From contig CM075993.1 of NCBI GenBank assembly GCA_038087875.1, forward strand, positions 808,001 to 872,000: 64,000 nt of DNA, in the 5' to 3' direction. Below are positions 26,471 to 39,427 of this stretch, in pieces. Within the stretch, counting starts at the first letter, position 1. Every line of letters begins with the position of its first letter. Made by a program: the position numbers and the translations under genes. The notes under the pieces were generated by a model. The model made no database searches, was not told where the DNA came from, and saw only the letters and a program-made list of their open reading frames with translations. Origin of the DNA: Malacoraja senta (taxonomy: Eukaryota).

Positions 26471-28850
26471 GGAGCTGCTTTACTCCCTCACCCCTCCACA
26501 AATCCACACTGACAGCTCCAGCCTGTCACTCTTTGACACATCTGATATGACATCTTTTATTGATTCCAGTCTTTCCCTTCACTGACTTTGGGCCAATAAG
26601 TGAAACATTCCCTTGTTGTCTCTTCCTCCTTTGTGAATTACTGGGGTCACATCTGCGCCCCTTCAATCCAGAGCAACAATTCCAGATGTAACGAGAAAAG
26701 TCACCACGTCTAAAGCCACCTCATTCAAAACCCAAGGCTGTGGATCATTGATTTCCTCGATTCATCAACTGTCCGATCCACCAATGTTTCAGTATGTTCA
26801 TTTAAAAATACCAGTGTCCCCACTCTCCCAATCCACTCTCTGCTGTTTTCTGGCAGGTTTTGTGACTCCGTGAAGATGAGACAAAGTTGTAATTTAATGT
26901 CTCCAGCATTTCCTAATTCCCATTCTGAGGCTGCGCCCTCTGGTCCTAGACTCTCCCACTAGTGGAAACATCCTCTCCACATCCACACTATCCAGGCCTA
27001 TCACTGTTCAGTACTTTTCAATGAGGTCCCCCCTCATCCTAATAAACTCCAAATCTGAATGGCTCACATTTGTCCTCACTCACCTTCTCCTGTTTATTTG
27101 CAGACACAAACACCTCCTGCCTGTTTTTGTGTTCCTTGAGGTCTACTCAGAGATGTTACCTTGCTTTTCCTCATCAATGTCTCAGCCTCCATTGCTGTGT
27201 TCTGAAATGCTCCCAATTGTTTAATCTATTGCTATTTCTGGCATCTTCATATACCTCCTCCATGGACCTAATGATATCTTTTATTTCTGTTGTCAGCTAT
27301 GTTCACTGTTCACTTTTTGTACCTTAATGGAGTTTATTTTATCTGCAAATTATTTAAATGGTGGGCAATTCCTACCCACTGTTACACCCCGATCCACAAC
27401 AGCAAACTCTCCCCTCCCTCCTGCATCGCTTGAATGAATGAATGCTTTGTCACATGTGATATTCTTGGCTTGCTGACCCAAGGTATGCAAAGAGACACCA
27501 CATAAAGAGCGCTGACATAGTTACAAAGTATCCCATGCCAGGCTCCCCTTTGTTACCCCCCCCCCCCCCCATCGTGGTGGTCCCCACACACCAGGCCCTC
27601 CTTTCCTCCCATTAGATTTCAGACTCTGTTCTGCATTGAACATCACCCTCACACACAATGTACAATTCCATCACACTCTGCTCACTCTTCCTTCAGGACC
27701 CAACAACGAGATTGTCAACTAACCCTTCCTCAGAAAACAAGACCTAAAATAGCCTGCTCCCTCCTTGCTGTCTAGAAAATCGCCTCATATATAATTTCAT
27801 GAATTCAGCATGCGTCTTACAGCCTTTAATTTGCCGTGTCCAGTCTACATGAAGATTAAAGCCAGCCCTGATGTCTGCACCATCCCTGTTACACGTCCTC
27901 CAATCTGCTGGCCATGCCGTCCCACTGAGAGCAACTCAGACCACACTGTGACGATCCTCTACACAGCACCAATCTCCCTGAGAAACAGCACTGCCCAGCC
28001 TCCTCCTCACAGCCCAGTACCCTGGAACAGTCAGCCTGTGGTCCACTACCCCCGAGCACCGTCAGTCACATCAGGGTGGTCACGCCACAGTCACAACGGC
28101 AGGCAGTCTTGTCATGATCACACCAAGTCCACGCCACGGCACCATCATGTCACGCCACGGCACCATCATGTCACGCCACATCACAGTCATGTTATGCCAC
28201 GTGATTGTGGTCATACCACATCACTGTCACACCGGGGTGGGAGATTGCATTAGTTGAAACAGGGTGGACCACGTGAAGGTTGCAATCAACCCAACGTCCA
28301 CAAACAAGTTCAAATAGAACAAGTTGACCAACAACTTTATGCTGTGCATGCCATACGCAAGAAGAAGAAGACTGTCACACCACTGTCACATCATGGTGGT
28401 CATGCCACATCACAGTCTCGTCACATCACTCTCATTCATTTTATTTCTACCTTCATTCATTTATTTGCAAGCCATAGTCATACAGCACAGAAACAGGCCC
28501 ATCGTATGTAATTCTGGAAAATTACATAGTGACAAATGACTCTGCAAAGGGCAAAGCAGCAACCCGAGCAAACGCTGATCAGTGTGGATGGAGACAGGGC
28601 TGTGTGTGGACACAGACACAGACAGACACACACACACACAGACGGACGGGAAACACAAACACACACACAGCTGAGTGACAGGTGTCTCCAGGTAACGGGT
28701 GTCTGTGACCTGTGTGGATGGAGCTGTAACCGGATCTCCCTCCCCAGCTGTCACGCACACCTGAGTTTTGGTTTAAATTTCAAACACGAATTAAGTTGGC
28801 AATGCAGTGGGCCTGGAGATTGTTTCAACAGGAGTTACCAGAATGAAGTC

Positions 28851-29381
28851 TGTCTGTCGCTGTATAACACTGGGGTACAGTACCGGTGGGGACGGGTCTG
28901 TGTGTATAACACTGGGGTACAGTACCGGTGGGGACTGGTCTGTGTATAACACTGGGGTACAGTACCGGTGGGGACTGGTCTGTCGCTGTATAACACTGGG
29001 GTACAGTACCGGTGGGGACTGCTCTGTGTGTATAACACTGGGGTACAGTACCGGTGGGGACGGGTCTGTCGTTGTATAACGCTGAGGTACAGTACCGGTG
29101 GGGACTGGTCTGTCGTACAACACTGGGGTACAGTACCGGTGGGGACGGGTCTGTTGTTGTATAACACTGGGGTACAGTACCGGTGGGGACTGGTCTGTTG
29201 TTGTATAACACTGGGGTACAGTACCGGTGGGGACTGGTCTGTTGTTGTATATCACTGAGGTACAGTACCGGTGGGGACTGGTCTGTGTGTATAACACTGG
29301 GGTACAGTACCAGTGGGGACGGGTCTGTGTGTATAACACTGGGTACAGTACCGGTGGGGACTGGTCTGTCGTTGTATAACA
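28851..29381. repeat. Minisatellite, ~36-40 bp unit, about 14 copies
   Basis: Unit tgtataacactggggtacagtaccggtggggac(t/g)ggtctg plus a short variable linker. Confidence 0.95.
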
Positions 29382-30624
29382 TCAGGTTGTAGGTGCAGGT
29401 AGATCTGCTGCCTGTACTGCACTGAGTGTCTGAGCTGCAGTTGCTTCTGGGCCTACTGGAACAGGCTGTGACAACAGAGGGTGAAATGTGAGCCCCCTCA
29501 CCTTAACCCTGTGCCCTTTAGTGAAATGTGAGCCTGTGAGGATGGGCCACTACACCAGCTGACGTCAGAGCACGGGTTCATGAATGGCCATGTCTCCACC
29601 CCCTAAACCGGTTGTCCCAGTCTGAGCTCCACCGATGGCTCACTGACAATGTGTGAGGCAACTCCTTGCTGGAGCAGTCAGATACAGGGCCGTCCTCTCC
29701 CCACCCCACCCCACGCCTAGTCTTCAGGTTCCCAACACTCCGTGCTGTGAGACTCCTCTCCCCCCCCTCCACCAACCCATCCCCCTCACCCCACCAACCC
29801 CTCACCTTCCCTTCCCACCAACCTCTACCACCCCACCCGCACACCCCACTCCCCTCCCTCCATCCAGGTGGACACTGCCCAGTGGGCAAGATGCCCCCTG
29901 GGTTCCACAATCTGCCAGCTGACCCGAGGCACAGTCTGTATGCCAGAGCTGGAACAGAATGATAGAACCGTACAGGCCCTTCGGCCCACCTAGTCCATGC
30001 CGACCAGGTTGGCATTCTGCGCATGTCCCTCTTAACCCTTCCTCTCCATATATCAGTCCAACTGGTTTAAAAGTCATAATTGTATCCACTTCCTCAGATA
30101 TGGACTACCCGCTGAGTGAAAAGGTTGCCCGAGGTCCTGCTTAAATCTCTCCCCCCTCACCTTAACCCTGTGCCCTTTAGTTTTGGAATCCTCTACCCTG
30201 GGAAATTGATTGAGTGTTCACTTTATCCATGCCCCTCATGATCTGGTCACCCCGTCCATCCCTCAACTTCTTGCACATCTCTCGGGCCAGACCCTGCCTG
30301 CAGTTGCAGCAGTGTGGACATGTTACAGAGGTAGGGGCCGCGGAGAGCGAGGGGCCACTGGAGCGAGGGGCCGGGTATGCACGATCATCGCTGGTGTTAG
30401 ACCAGCCGCTGCCCACAGCAGCGGGAGGAGCACAGACTCCATGGGCTGTGGACCAGGGATCATTTACTCGGATCCGGCCTCCCTTCCTGAGGCAGGGACG
30501 CGAGGTTCCACACTGTCTTTTTGCAGCCTCAGCACATTCCAAACTGTTTTACAATCTGCTGCAAGCTAACAAAACAAGTCCAGTAACCGTAGTAATGTGG
30601 GAAACACTGCAGCCTTCACTTAAT

Positions 30625-32480
30625 ACTGTGCTCCCTTACCCCCGCCCCCCCCACACAGTGCAGAGCTCCCTCACCCCCCCACAGTACGGTGCTCCCTCAC
30701 CCCCCCCCCCCCACAGTGCGGTGCTCCCTAACCCCCCCCCCCCCACAGTACGGTGCTCCCTCACCCCCCCCCACAGTGCGGTGCTCCCTAACCCCCCCCC
30801 ACAGTACGGTGCTCCCTCACCCCCCCCCCACAGTGCGGTGCTCCCTCACCCCCCCCCCCCACAGTACGGTGCTCCCTCACCCCCCCCCCACAGTACGGTG
30901 CTCCCTCACCCCCCCCCCACAGTGCAGAGCTCCCTCACCCCCCCCCCCCACAGTACGGTGCTCCCTCACCCCCCCCCCCACAGTACGGTGCTCCCTCACC
31001 CCCCCCCTCACAGTACGGTGCTCCCTCACCCCCCCCCCACAGTACGGTGCTCCCTCACCCCCCCCCCACAGTACGGTGCTCCCTCACCCCCCCCCCCCCA
31101 CAGTACGGTGCTCCCTCACCCCCCCCCCCACAGTACGGTGCTCCCTCACCCCCCCCCCCCACAGTACGGTGCTCCCTCACCCCCCCCCCCACAGTACGGT
31201 GCTCCCTCACCCCCCCCCCCCCACAGTACGGTGCTCCCTCACCCCCCCCACAGTACGGTGCTCCCTCACCCCCCCCCCACAGTACGGTGCTCCCTCACCC
31301 CCCCCCCCACAGTACGGTGCTCCCTCACCGCCCCCCACAGTACGGTGCTCCCTCACCCCCCCCCTCCCCCCAGTACGGTGCTCCCTCACCCCCCCCACAG
31401 TACGGTGCTCCCTCACCCCCCCCCCCACAGTATGGTGCTCCCTCACCCCCCCCCACAGTACGGTGCTCCCTCACCCCCCCCCCACAGTACGGTGCTCCCT
31501 CACCCCCCCCCCCACAGTACGGTGCTCCCTCACCCCCCACAGTACGGTGCTCCCTCACCCCCCCCCCACAGTACGGTGCTCCCTCACCCCCCCCCCACAG
31601 TACGGTGCTCCCTCACCCCCCCCACAGTACGGTGCTCCCTCACCACCCCCCCACAGTACGGTGCTCCCTCACCACCCCCCCCACAGTACGGTGCTCCCCT
31701 CACCCCCCCCCTCCCCCACAGTACGGTGCTCCCTCACCCCCCCCACAGTACGGTGCTCCCTCACCCCCCCCACAGTACGGTGCTCCCTCACCACCCCCCC
31801 CACAGTACGGTGCTCCCTCACCCCCCCCTCCCCCCCAGTACGGTGCTCCCTCACCCCCCCCTCCCCCCACAGTACGGTGCTCCCTCACCCCCCCTCCCCC
31901 CCAGTACGGTGCTCCCTCACCCCCCCCCCACAGTACGGTGCTCCCTCACCCCCCCCCCACAGTACGGTGCTCCCTCACCCCCCCCCCACAGTACGGTGCT
32001 CCCTCACCCCCCCACAGTACGGTGCTCCCCCCCCCCCCACAGTACAGAGCTCCCTCACCCCCCCCCACAGTACGGTGCTCCCTCACCCCCCCCCCACAGT
32101 ACGGTGCTCCCTCACCCCCCCCCCCACAGTACGGTGCTCCCTCACCCCCCCCCCACAGTACGGTGCTCCCTCACCCCCCCCCCCACAGTACGGTGCTCCC
32201 TCACCCCCCCCCTCCCCCCAGTACGGTGCTCCCTCACCCCCCCCCCCCACAGTACGGTGCTCCCTCACCCCCCCCCCCACAGTGCGGTGCTCCCTCACCG
32301 CCCCCCACAGTACGGTGCTCCCTCACCCCCCCCACAGTACGGTGCTCCCTCACCCCCCCCCCTCCCCCGCAGTACGGTGCTCCCTCACCCCCCCCCCCCA
32401 CAGTGCGGTGCTCCCTCACCGCCCCCCACAGTACGGTGCTCCCTCACCCCCCCACAGTACGGTGCTCCCTCACCCCCCCC
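30625..32480. repeat. C-rich minisatellite (~28-33 bp unit, about 60 copies), resuming at 33415-33818
   Basis: Unit cacagtacggtgctccctca plus poly-C of variable length. Confidence 0.97.
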
Positions 32481-34541
32481 AGTGCTGTGCCCCCTCAGTA
32501 CTAGCAGCCAGTGATCATTAGCTGAGCTGTTTGAGTCAGGGTGACAAGTGAAGATTAATAAAGAAGAAATAGATTAAATACTCACAAGGTGATTGAACCA
32601 GCATATTTACCTGGTTGATGGAATCAATAACTGGGCGCAGAATTAGCAAGCATGGAGCTGTGTGGATCAATTAGAGGAAGCCTGCATGGATTTGTTTAAG
32701 GCAAATCCCATCTAACCAACCTGATAGAATCTTTTAATGAAGTAACAAGGTCGATGAAGGAAACACAATTACTGTGGTGTGTGTCGACTTTTAAAAGGCA
32801 TTCGATTCAATGCCACGATCGTCATCAAGGCAATGGAGTCAAAGGAGCAAAGCAGCTCGTGTGGAAACCAAGCTGAGTAACTGGTGCCATTAGAGCTTGT
32901 CGCTCTGGCGGGGGCGTGGGGGGGGGGGGGGAGTGGGGGGGCTCCCAGATCTATGACCTGGACCACTGCTTTATGTTACAGATATGGACGACTTGGACAT
33001 TGCCCGGTTTTTATATTTGTAGACACTTGGAGCAATCGTTAGCTGTGAGGCGATGGGAATGGACTGCAATACGATACGGATGAGAGATGGAATGGGCTGA
33101 TGGAATGTGATGTATTGTATTTTGGTTGGAAGAACGAGTGGAGGCAAAATAATCAAGGAGCCTGAGATCAGAGAGTTGCAGCGCTGTGTGTACATAGNNN
33201 NNNNNNNNNNNNNNNNNNNNNNNNNNNNNNNNNNNNNNNNNNNNNNNNNNNNNNNNNNNNNNNNNNNNNNNNNNNNNNNNNNNNNNNNNNNNNNNNNNNN
33301 NNNNNNNNNNNNNNNNNNNNNNNNNNNNNNNNNNNNNNNNNNNNNNNNNNNNNNNNNNNNNNNNNNNNNNNNNNNNNNNNNNNNNNNNNNNNNNNNNGGG
33401 CTACAGGCTATGTACAGAGCTCCCTCACCCCCCCACAGTACGGTGCTCCCTCACCCCCCCCCCCCACAGTACGGTGCTCCCTCACCCCCCCCCCCCACAG
33501 TACAGGTGCTCTCCCTCACACCCCCCCCACAGTACGGTGCTCCCTCACCCCCCCCCCCCACAGTACGGTGCTCCTCAGCCCCACACCCCCCCAGTAGCGG
33601 TGCTCCCTCACCCCCCCCCCCCCACAGTACGGTGCTCCCTCACCCCCCCCCCCCCACAGTAGCGGTGCTCCCTCACCCAGGTCGAGTCCCCGCCCCGCCC
33701 ACAGTACGGTGCTTCCCTCACAGACGTCCCCCCCGCCCCACAGTGCGGTGCTCCCTCACCGCCCCCCACAGTACGGTGCTCCCTCACCCCCCACAGTACG
33801 GTGCTCCCTCACCCCCCCAGTGCTGTGCCCCCTCAGTACTAGCAGCCAGTGATCATTAGCTGAGCTGTTTGAGTCAGGGTGACAAGTGAAGATTAATAAA
33901 GAAGAAATAGATTAAATACTCACAAGGTGATTGAACCAGCATATTTACCTGGTTGATGGAATCAATAACTGGGGCGCAGAATTAGCAAGCATGGAGCTGT
34001 GTGGATCAATTAGAGGAAGCCTGCATGGATTTGTTTAAGGCAAATCCCATCTAACCAACCTGATAGAATCTTTTAATGAAGTAACAAGGTCGATGAAGGA
34101 AACACAATTACTGTGGTGTTGTGTCGACTTTTAAAAGGCATTCGATTCAATGCCACGATCGTCATCAAGGCAATGGAGTCAAAGGAGCAAAGCAGCTCGT
34201 GTGGAAACCAAGCTGAGTAACTGGTGCCATTAGAGCTTGTCGCTCTGGCGGGGGGCGTGGGGGGGGGGGGGGGAGTGGGGGGGCTCCCAGATCTATGACC
34301 TGGACCACTGCTTTATGTTACAGATATGGACGACTTGGACATTGCCCGGTTTTTATATTTGTAGACACTTGGAGCAATCGTTAGCTGTGAGGCGATGGGA
34401 ATGGACTGCAATACGATACGGATGATGAGATGGAATGGGCTGATGGAATGTGATGTATTGTATTTTGGTTGGAAGAACGAGTGGAGGCAAAATAATCAAG
34501 GGAGCCTGAGATCAGAGAGTTGCAGCGCTGTGTGTACATAG
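32481..34541. repeat. Near-identical ~720-bp segment on both sides of the gap (32481-33197 and 33819-34541), containing an old CR1 RT remnant
   Basis: The copies differ essentially by 1-2 nt indels. They contain HGFV*GKSHLTNLIESFNEVT..VDF*KAFD. Confidence 0.9.
33198..33397. other. Assembly gap (200 N)
   Basis: Run of N. Confidence 1.
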
Positions 34542-34804
34542 CGTGCTGAACTAGCGAGCAGAGAAAGTGTTTAAAGCCCAGCCTTCTATAAACAAGCACA
34601 GAGGACAGCGGCAAGGAAGTGGTGAGAAACCATCCCACTGGCTGAGACACAACCTGGAGCGTGCCCAGCTCTGGGAACAATGTGAAAGCTGTGGGTGAAC
34701 GTGCTGGCCTACAGGGACGAGCAGAAACATTGGGGCAGAGTTGGTTGTGGGGGGTCTGATGGAAGGATTTAAAAGTAGGAAGGCTACAAACCATGGATAG
34801 AGCG

Positions 34805-36235
34805 TTAACCATGTTAGTTGGAGGAACAGCACCTCATTTTCTGCTAGGGTAGCTTACTCTAATTTTAGATAACACCCCGCTCCCTCCACTGCCCCATCTG
34901 GACATGCACCTATTCCCCCACCTCCCACCCCCTCAACATACATTCCTTCCTCTAGCTTCACAATTCGTAACTCTTCAATCCTTTTGTCCCACACCTTCTG
35001 TCTGTCTCTGACCTCTACGTAACCATCTGTCTAGAAATCCTCCCTCAGCTGTATCAACCTATGACCTGTTACCCTTTGTCCTGCCTGGATTTGTTTAAGG
35101 CAAATCCCATCTAACCAACCTGATAGAATCTTTTAATGAAGTAACAAGGTCGATGAAGGAAACTTCTCTCTCCCAGATTTACCCCCCCTCCAACCCCTAC
35201 AATGAATCTGAAGATGGATCATGACCCGAAACGTCACCTATCCATGTTCTCCACAGATGCTGCCTGACCCACTGAGTTACTCCAGCACTCTGTGAAACGT
35301 CACCTATCCATGTTCTCCACAGATGCTGCCTGACCCGCTGAGTTACTCCAGCACTCTGTGAAACGTCACCTATCCATGTTCTCCACAGATGCTGCCTGAC
35401 CCGCTGAGTTACTCAGCACTCTGTGAAACGTCACCTATCCATGTTCTCCACAGATGCTGCCTGACCCGCTGAGTTACTCCAGCACTCTGTGAAACGTCAC
35501 CTATCCATGTTCTCCACAGATGCTGCCTGACCCGCTGAGTTACTCCAGCACTCTGTGAAACGTCACCTATCCATGTTCTCCACAGATGCTGCCTGATCCG
35601 AGTTACTCCAGCGCATTGTGTTGCCCTCAAATTCACTCGGACTATCTCTAACACTTCTCTTCCCTTTATTGATCTCTCTGTCTCCATCGCAGGAGACAGA
35701 CTATCGACTGACATCTACTGCAAACTTACTGACTCCCGCAGTTTCCTGGACTACACCTCCTCCCACTCTGCCTCTTGCAAAGAAGCTATCCCTACTCTTC
35801 ATCTCTGCTCCGAACTCAAACCAACCCGTCCCCAGGTACTTTCCCCTTTCAACCACAGGAGATGTAACACCTGTCCCTGTATGTCCCCCCTCACCTCTAT
35901 CCAGGGACTCCAGGAATCCTTCAGGTGAGACAAAGGTTCACGTGCACCTCCTCTAACCTCATCTTCTGCAGCTGGTGTTCCCAACGTGACCTCCTCTACA
36001 TTGGCGATACCAAGTGTAGACGCAGCGACCATTTCATCAAACACGTGCTCAGTCCGCCAAGGCCTGCTGAATCTCCTGGTTGCCAACCATTTTAACTCCT
36101 CTTCCCATTCTCATACTAACTTTCTGTCCTGGATGTCTCCATTGCCAGAGTGAGACTACATGCACCTCGTGTTCCCCTTGGGTAGCATCACAACCCAACA
36201 GTATGAACAATGAATTCTCCAATTTTAGGTAACTA
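34805..36235 (+). mobile_element. Penelope-like retroelement remnant in partial tandem: ORF end, 3' UTR, hammerhead motif, six 66-bp repeats, then RT C-terminus and GIY-YIG endonuclease
   Basis: LEEQHLIFC at about 34819. ctgaagatggatcatgacccgaaacgtc at about 35207-35235. KFTRTISNTSLPFIDLSVSIAGDRLSTDIYCK..FLDYTSSH at 35629 onward. LLYIGDTK at 35991. Confidence 0.8.
35228..35612 (+). repeat. Six tandem 66-bp copies of the PLE-associated repeat body
   Basis: Units start at 35228, 35294, 35360, 35425, 35491 and 35557. Confidence 0.95.
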
Positions 36236-36571
36236 CAAACTCCTTGCCTCCTTCTTCTCCTACATCCCTCCCCCAGCATCTGCAGTTCCTAGTGTCTACA
36301 TGGATAGACGTTTGCTCCTGTTGGTCAAGGTTTCACAGAATGCATGTTATTGGCAAAACGGGCTGAAGGGACAGAGTGTGTGTGTTTGGGGTCAGTGTAC
36401 TGCTGGGTAGTGCTGGACTCAGATTCCATTGCACCCTTCCATTGGAGAAGTATCTGAAAGGACAGAGCCTGCAGGGGGCTCTGGGAGAGAGCTGGCTACA
36501 TGTAGAACTGGTGTAGACCAACAGCCTGCTTCCGTACTGTAACCACATGATTTGTTTACAACCTCAGAACC

Positions 36572-36850
36572 AGGGTGGCACGGTGGTAGAGTTGCCTCCT
36601 TACAGCGTCAGAGACCTAGCTTTGATCCTAATCACGGGTGCTGTCTGTACGAAGTTTGTACGTTCTCCCTGTGACCGTGCGGGTTTTCTCCGGATGCTCC
36701 GGTTTCCTCCCACATCCAAAAGAGGTGCTGGTTTGTCGATTAAATTGTCCCGCGTCTGCAGGATAGCACTAGTGTACAGGTGATTGCTAGTCGATGCGGA
36801 CTTGATGGGCCGAAGGGCCTGTTTCTATGTTGTATCTGTAATCTAAACTA
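36572..36850 (+). mobile_element. tRNA-derived V-SINE with CR1-type tail
   Basis: gggtggcacggtggtagag..., V-domain gtttgtacgttctccctgtgaccgtgcgggttttctccggatgctccggtttcctcccacatcc, and tail gggccgaagggcctgtttc. Confidence 0.8.
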
Positions 36851-38049
36851 GATCCCACACTGAAATGAATCACCTGTATTTGCAAGGAAGGTGCCAACCA
36901 CAGGCATAGTGAACACAGGAACGGAGAACACGGGGGAACACCAGGGCACAGGGGGTGAATCTGGGGAATTCTTTGCCACAGAAGGCTGTGGAGGCAAAGT
37001 CAGTGGATATATTTAAGGCCGAGATAGATAGATTCTTGATTAGAATGGGTGTCAGTTATGGGGAGAAGGCAGGAGAATGGGGTTAGGAGGAGAGATAGAT
37101 CAGCCATGATTGAATAGCGGAGTAGACTTGATGGGCCGAATGGCCTAATTCTATTCCTATCACTTATGATCACCTTTGCCACAGACAGACCCTGCAGGAA
37201 TGGGAAGATGCCGCAGGTAAAAAGTGTGTTTGAAGTTTCAAGTTTCCGCTGTAGTGAACAGGCAGGTGGAGCCAGGAGTTGTTCACCGTATATCACTGGG
37301 CCCTCCAGCCATGCCCAGTGCCCAACAGTATCTCCACTCCAACACCTTGCCCGGCCTACACTCCTCCTCCCCGTACAGTTTCTCACCACCTAGTGAATTA
37401 TTCTGCTACAAAATTACACACTGCCCACTTTGTACAGCTGTTCCTGTGTGACTCACTCACTGGTCCTGCCCATATGTGATACAACGCACAACCCAAATGG
37501 CTCTGGACGCTGGGATGTTGCAATCCACACAACCTAGTGGACTATTCACTCAACATCATCTAAACACCAGCATTCCACAGTTTGCTATTTAACCCTCAAT
37601 AATAGGAGAAGAGGAGACATTACACTTACTGACTTCTGAAGGGCAGGAATAAAGCGAATGCTTACATTCTCAGGGAGAGGATTCTAAAATTAAAGGGCAT
37701 AGTCCTAAGGTGAGAGGGGATAGATTTGATGACTTCAGAGGCTACTTTTCCCTCAGCCGGAAGTCTGTATCTGGAATGAGCGGCCAGAGAAAGCTACAGA
37801 ATCAGATACAATTATGATTTTTTAAATCTGGACAGATATAAATTGGGTTTAGAGAGATATGGTTCAGATGCAGGCAATCACTGAGTTTTTAAACTATTGC
37901 CATGTCTGCTCTGGACCTAACATACATAGTGGTGAACCCCCATCTTTCCAGACAGATGGAGGAGCAGCCACCACACCGGGACCTCTGGTCAGATTGGTCA
38001 GGAGAGGCGAGATCATGGGCCAAGGAGAGAGGGGTTGGGAAATGCTTAC

Positions 38050-39427
38050 CTTTCTGGACATGGATGATGTCGGGGAAGTTGGAGAGTAGACCCTGGTACA
38101 GAGACAACATGTCCAACATGTGGAAGAGGTCGTTCTTGGGCTGCTGAGCAAAGAGCTCGCCAATGGCCTCGTAGGTCCTGCCGGTGATGGAAATGGCCCT
38201 GTTGAGGGAGACAGCGAGGTGGGGCTGGTCCATCTCGAAGGCCTGACTGATGGAGCTGAAGGCGTTGCCCAGTTTCTGGAACTCTTTCCTGAAGCCGCCG
38301 GCATGCTTGCGGCACAGCTCGGCGGCCACGTTACTCAGCTGCAGCACGCTGTCGTCAAGTCTCTTGGAGAAGGCCTTGAAGAGGTCCACCCTCTCCTCCA
38401 CCCGCTGGAGGTCCTGGTGCTCGGGCGGGTGTGGATGGTGAGGAAGGAGTTGGCTCCCACCAGCTCGTCTCGCTCGGAGCGCCGCTTGCCTGTTTCCAAG
38501 CCCGGTCGTCGGAGCAGGTGAGGAAGTGTTGGAAGCCGGTGTATTGGGACAGCACCGGGTGGCTGGTCATATGCTCCATCCACAAGATCAGGCGCCTCCG
38601 CCGCTTCTCGATGAAGTCGTCCTCGAAGCGGCCGGTCGCCTGTTTCTCGGGCAGGTGAGGGCACCGACACGACGGGGAACTTGTGCAGCAGGCGGTTGTG
38701 CAGCCAGTCGAAGTGTTTGTAGCGGCGGTACACGGGCACGTTGGTCAGGCTGGGAGTCAGCTTGTAGGACATGTAGGTCTTGATGCCCTTGAACTTGGTC
38801 TGCTTGGTGGGCTCCTCGATGGTGCAGTGGAAGGGCCGCGGGTTGTCGCCCCCACTGCGGCCCCTCGGGGCCCATGGTCACCCCGTACGTCTCGCTGGCC
38901 GAAGGGCAGCAGGAACCTCGCCCAGGATGAACGCCTCGCCGCCGGAGCGCACGAAGCTGGAGAAGCGGTTGAAGCTCTTCCCCACGGCGCCACTGCGGCC
39001 ACTCGGCCGGCCGGCCGTGCTGTCCTGTCGCTCGGCAGCGCTGGGCCGGTGGCGGGCCCCCGGGTACAGGCCGTTGGAGGAGGCGCACAGTCGGGCTCAT
39101 CCACCACCGTGGACGCGTCGTCCCAATCGTCCCAGTCATCATCGTCGTCGTCGGGGTCCGGGTCGGGGCCAGGGGTGGGATGGGGGTGGACATGGGGATG
39201 GACATGGGGGTGGACGTGGGGCCCGGTGGCGAGCACTGGCCCCCGGACACGATCTCTACGTACGAGGCGGGGAAGAGGCCTCGGTGTCCGCGGCTGTTGG
39301 TTCCCTCCAGCCAGCCGTCCTGCGAGGTCTGGTGGAAGAGAAGCAACTCCTCGTCCTCCTTGATACTGATCTCCTCCGGGTTCTCGCTCTCGAAGCTGTA
39401 CAGCGCCCGGGCCCTGATGCCCGACAT
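38050..39427 (-). CDS. SNX33: Sorting nexin 33, exon 1 (SH3, low-complexity DDWD motif, PX domain, BAR N-part); about 7 apparent frameshifts
   Basis: ATG at 39427 gives [23 protein letters not shown]...[10 protein letters not shown] (SH3). Then [33 protein letters not shown] segment [36 protein letters not shown], and BAR segment ...[14 protein letters not shown]. Donor gtaag at 38049-38045. The pieces are spread over all three minus frames. Two-exon layout and the CSPG4 neighbour favour SNX33 over SNX18 or SNX9. Confidence 0.9.

Noticed and set aside
28851..29381. CRISPR-like ~36-bp repeats and repetitive ORFs
   Set aside because: The linkers are only a few nucleotides and repetitive, so this is an ordinary minisatellite.
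30214..32521. Long proline-rich extensin-like ORFs (766, 610 and 485 aa)
   Set aside because: These are translations of a stop-free C-rich minisatellite that is open in all three frames with variable poly-C lengths. It lies in an SNX33 intron and is not a gene.
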